This document shows, one piece after another, positions 59,359 through 64,000 of a DNA stretch of 64,000 nt. The DNA is from Harriotta raleighana (Eukaryota): the NCBI GenBank assembly GCA_050575255.1, contig JBNZDD010013717.1:2818529-2882528 (forward strand), in the 5' to 3' direction. The notes under the pieces were generated by a model, which saw nothing but the letters and a program-made list of their open reading frames with translations, was not told the DNA's origin and ran no database searches. The position numbers and the translations under genes are program-made. How positions within the stretch are numbered: the stretch's first letter is position 1; each line of letters starts with the position of its first letter.

Positions 59359-61949
59359 GTGAGAATCTTTTTCATATATTCTTAATCATTACTTTTATAT
59401 TGGTAGCAAATCTTCATTTCTATATATTGCTTCTTTTGTATAAAATTGAATGACTTACTGAGAGTACACATTTAATGAATACATTTGAATGTGGATCTCG
59501 CAGAGGCTGTTTAGCTCAAATGAAAATGGATTGAATATTTATAACCGAATCTGAAAGGAAATGCAATTTAATTTCAATTGTTTGTATTAAGAGATGCAGG
59601 GTTTCATTACTATAGTTTGTTACCTAGATTGGAAGATTCTGGCCTGCTCCTCAAATTGAACAAGAGTTGACAGTTATCATTTGTTAATGCCAATCTCATT
59701 CCTTCTTCAAAATCTGAAGAAAATATTCTTTGAAGTTTTTTCTCTCAAAATAATAATAATTATAATAATCCTTCCATTTGATATAGAGCCTCATTGCATA
59801 ATTGAGGCATCTCAAAGCGCTTCACAAATGCTCTACAATGGCTAAATACTTTATGAGTGAATAGCTGTATTAATTTCTGGTGCTTAAAACTGATGAGCCT
59901 ATTCAATAGACTTTGCATGGTAGACTACTGTGATTTTCAAACACATAAGGGATATGTCACAACAACAACAAAATTACATTTATAGAGCACCTTTCACGTT
60001 GGGAGGACGTCCCAAGGCGATGAGCAGTCAGGGGTCGGGACCAGAGCAGGGGTGGGGGGCAGGATTGGGATAAAGGATGGCAGAGGGTGACTGAAGGCAC
60101 GGTCAAAGAGAAGGATCTTGGAACCAACGTTGAATCCTGTCCTGGGATCCGTTATTGTGAAGCGTTCTGAGATGCTGTCCAACATGGAGGGCGTTATATA
60201 AATCTAAGTTGTTATTGAAGGAGGCAAGGGAGCGAGCAAGGCCAAGGGATTGCTAATCACTAGCAAGTATTTAATATGGGATTTTTTCTAATAAATCCTT
60301 ACCAAAAGGATAGAGAGTGTGAAGATGAGGCTCAATATTTCCCAATGTTGAAGCTCGCAAATGTGAAATAGGGACTTGAGCGAGATACCAGAAGACGGCC
60401 TGCGAATGAAGGAATAGATCAACTTGGAAGAACCTTTTATGTTTTTAAGCTCTTGGTGTTAACCTACTTTCATCCCTGAAATCTTTATGCAACATCTTTA
60501 CAATGGGAATTTCCACAAAGACACGATGACAATATTGTTATTTTTATTGGTCAGGATGTAATGAACCTCTTTTGTTCTTAATGTGTTTCTTTGTTTCAAT
60601 CTCATGGATTCATCCGTTTTTTTCCCTGTTTGTTGTTTTGTTTCCCTGGTTCTTACTCTTTTCATCTGCTGTTGCATTTTCCTGCCTCCTCTGGGTTTTG
60701 TTTCTGCTGCTTCTGACCCATGAGCTAAAAATTCCATCAACTGAGCCGGTGTGACCCCCCCTACACATCAGCCACCAGTGCAATAAAACACAAGTTACTT
60801 TACATTTGTTTCACTCCATTAATAAACTACCCTGAGTATTCCAGCAGCATCGGTTCTGGTGATTGTTCTGAGCATAGTTGCTTTGTCACCGTGAAGGAAT
60901 ATCTCTGTGAAGATGTAGCCAGGCATTCATGATATGAAGAGCAACGATTCTCTTTGAATTAGTACAGTGCTGAGTTGATGTACTGCAATGTGAATGCTGG
61001 ACGGCTGACAAGATTTTCCATTCAAAGTGGCTTTAATATCACTGAAGTCAGAATTCCTGCACAATCGCTCAAGATACTTTCATTTATTTTACTCTCCTCT
61101 ATCATTTGTTGTAGTTTTCAGTTATCAATGGTGAACAGTATGAACAAATTAGATTCAAACGCATGTTTTGTGAAACATGCAAAATGTGGTGAGCTGTAAC
61201 AAGCATTATTAGCTTCAGTTAGCACTGTGCTAGCATTGCTAGCAATCTTGACAAGAGGAGAATGTTATAAAATGGAGAAGTTTAATATAGTAGAGACAAT
61301 TTCACATTCGCTTCATATTCTGATTTTAAAGTAAAAATCACATTTGCTGGATAAACTTTTTGTTGGTGCTGTGCAGGGCATGTCTGTTTAATGCAATCTG
61401 TCAGATTGCCACATTGTCACGGAGACATGGAAACGGTTACTGAGCGACCATCTTATACAACAGCTGTTTTGATCAATTCTTCCAGACACATTGACAATAT
61501 TACACTTTAGTGTGACATGGAATTTATCACCCAGGGTAATAACGGAGGAACAAGCACAAATTCAGTCTCCCTGTCTGAAGCTGAAACATGGCACTGTGGG
61601 GTATGCTTTGTCAATCCTTCATATGATGAAGTAGCAAGTCACAAATCGTGTCTGCAGTTGCACACGCAACATGTTCCGGTCTTGGCCAACCTCTCAGGAA
61701 GAGGTGCCAAGTTGAAGCCGAACAATTACTTCCCACAGGGGGCGGAGGAGGGATGAAAATCTCTTTTAAACTTCGGATGTAGAGCAGCACTGGACTTGCA
61801 GACAGTGGGAGCTCATGGCAAGAGATTAATGCAAGGTCAGAGCGACTAATGGATAGAGGCAAGATACTAGGCTGAATATTGTCAGGAAGTTTAACAGTTT
61901 CTGAATACACACAGCATACAAAATGGTACATAAACAGCTGGAGCTGAAA

Positions 61950-62935
61950 GCAACTTGTACTTACATTGCACCATTCATATAGTGAAATGACTCATTTCAC
62001 TTCACAGAGTTGGAATGGGAGCCTGAGCAGAGTGGAAGATTTGGGGGAGGGGGTCAGAGCTTGCTACCATATATGCAGTCAAAGCAGTGGGTTTTTAGAA
62101 GTGATTTGAAACAAGGAAGGGATTTAGGAAGAGAGTGCCATAGAAAGGGGAAAGATGGCTGAAGATTTGTCCAGCAATGGTGGACCAAAGAAAGCAAGAG
62201 ACATGTGGAAGTCCATAGATGGCTGAGCAAAGGGAATGAGTGGTCAAGTAGGACTGCAAGTGATTGTGACAGAAATACAACACTTGACAGTGTCAGAGCC
62301 TGACTGTGAGCCAGGGGGTGGGTGTAGGGGCGGGGTGGGGGGGTCGAAGAAGAAGGCTTTCAGGCGGGACTTGAAAAAGTGGAGAGAGAGGGCCAGACGG
62401 AGGGACTGCGTTTTGGGGCGTGGTGGCGGAAAGCGCAATCTCCAAAGGTGGGCAGAGGGTGAAGGGACGAGCAGGAGGATGGTGCCAATCGAGCAGAGGC
62501 ATCAGGTAATGGATTGGGGAGTGGGGAGGTCGGAGAGGAAGGGAGGTGCCAGGGAGTGAAACTATTTGAATACAAGTGTGAGGGTCTTGAAGTCGATGCG
62601 TTCAGCGTAGGGGAGCCAATGGAGCCTGGCCAGGACTGGTGAGATGTGGGTACAGAGTTTAGTCTGGGTAAGTAGGTGGGAAGCAAAGTTCTGAATGAGC
62701 TGGATCTTTTGGATAGTGGAGCTGGGGAGACCGGTGACGAGTGCTTTGGAGAAATCGAAGTGGGAGGTGGGACAAATACATGTACGAGGGTTTCACCTGC
62801 CTTTGGGGTGCCTTTGGAGACGGAATGTGGCAGAGGTGGAAGAAGGTGGTTCTGGTCCTGGGACAAAGGTAGCTTTCCAAACTCGGGGCAAGAATCTTTA
62901 AGTCAATCCAGTGGAGAACAGGGATCGGGTGGGGG
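61950..62935 (-). mobile_element. Two old L2 3' fragments in tandem
   Basis: FFKSRLKAFFF (ORF 62244..62438), ETLVHVFV (ORF 62360..62866), ggtcttgaagtcgatgcg (reverse RIDFKT). Confidence 0.8.
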
Positions 62936-64000
62936 ATGGAAAATTGTGGATGCTGAGAAGCTGAAACATAGTCATAAATTTTAAAAATCTATATTAAATC
63001 GTTCAGCTTCTGGTAGGGAAAGAAAAAGTGATACCTTGGGCTTGGCTGAAATGTCAAACGACTACTCTGTTTCATGTGTTGATTGACTTGCTGCGGATTG
63101 CATGTATTCCCTGGGTTTGCTTTAATGCACAGAAGAATGTTAGCAGGCCAGAGCACTTCTTGTGCTTGCAGCATCATTCCCATTGCATTCTATACCCAAA
63201 GGAGGATTGTATTACGCTTTGTGTGTTACTTCTAAAAAAAAGAAACGTTATTTGAGCTGATATGTGTCTGCGGGAAGGAGAAGCTCATTCTTTTTCAGCT
63301 GAAGTTGGTGCTCACATCTTTCGTTTAAACATTCACTGTTCTTGCCTCTCTTGCCTCTTTCACATCCAGTCCTAGTCCATGACAGCTTTTCTGCACTTTC
63401 GCCACATCACCCACCTCCAAACATCACCCATCTCACATCACCCACCTCCAAACCTCTCTCAATAAGTTACTCTACATGAAGTTTTTGTTTAAATTAATTG
63501 AAGACTGGTGACCACATTAATGAAAATGCCAAAGGGCAGTAAATGTATTAACTGAGGGAGAGTAATTCCCTTGGCATCCTGCATTATAGATTGGTTCAAA
63601 TTCCATTACGTTTTTAAATGTATATTCATATGTTCACGTTCATTCTGCCATCACAGAATGTCTTTGTGAAAAGAAATAGGTGGATGCACAATGTATGTTT
63701 ATTTGTTGGTTGGGTCCTCTCATTAAACAAAACAGTAATTGACAAAGGAGGTGATTGAACTTCTAATATTCAAGACAAAAGTAATAGATGCAATAAAGCT
63801 GAAAATATTCATTAACATGTTCCAAAATCATAATCTTATAGCAGGCAATCATGTTTTATCGTTCCGAGTATTAAAATCATTACATTAACTGAAAGAGCTT
63901 GCCTACTGAAGCAACAATGTTTAATGTATTTTTGGGAAGTATAATTCCTCCATTTCTAATAACACAAGCATTCCTTTTATGCAGAGTTATACCAGATACC

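Noticed and set aside
60498-60740. K/R/Q-rich 80-aa minus-strand ORF
   Set aside because: Compositional bias from a T-rich + strand; no clear splice sites or domain.
63965-64000. Acceptor-like cattccttttatgcag near the window end as a possible next SLC35F1 exon
   Set aside because: In the required phase it reads (E)LYQI rather than the expected GLLY-type start; the next exon is probably beyond the window.

Overview
This is AT-rich, repeat-dense vertebrate genomic DNA, almost all intronic. The repeat complement (CR1 and L2 LINEs, tRNA-headed Deu-domain SINEs with L2-type tails) points to a cartilaginous fish, probably a chimaera/elephant shark; that is an inference. The only protein-coding gene I can support is SLC35F1 on the + strand. 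Four internal exons are present (27472-27599, 44284-44443, 48018-48174, 59306-59358), with canonical AG/GT sites and phases that chain into one frame; the first and last exons lie outside the window. Nearly all ORF-track entries are LINE/SINE fragments or chance ORFs. Other content: many 5'-truncated CR1 and L2 copies, a young tRNA-derived SINE family, older Deu-SINE relics, four pogo/Tigger-like MITE loci (CAGTAAAA TIRs, TA target), one further TIR element, a probable Gypsy-type integrase relic, a 559-N gap, and ten single-N junctions, most with duplicated flanks (assembly artefacts). I found no convincing new biological system. The best leads are: (i) a pair of canonical antisense exons at 21154-21076 and 20967-20683 that splice into an ATG-initiated frame; (ii) a perfect 54-bp inverted repeat at 7682-7735/9230-9283; (iii) recurrent insertion hotspots within the SINE; (iv) RFX-like motif clusters. 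Repeat boundaries are approximate unless a TIR or TSD is quoted.
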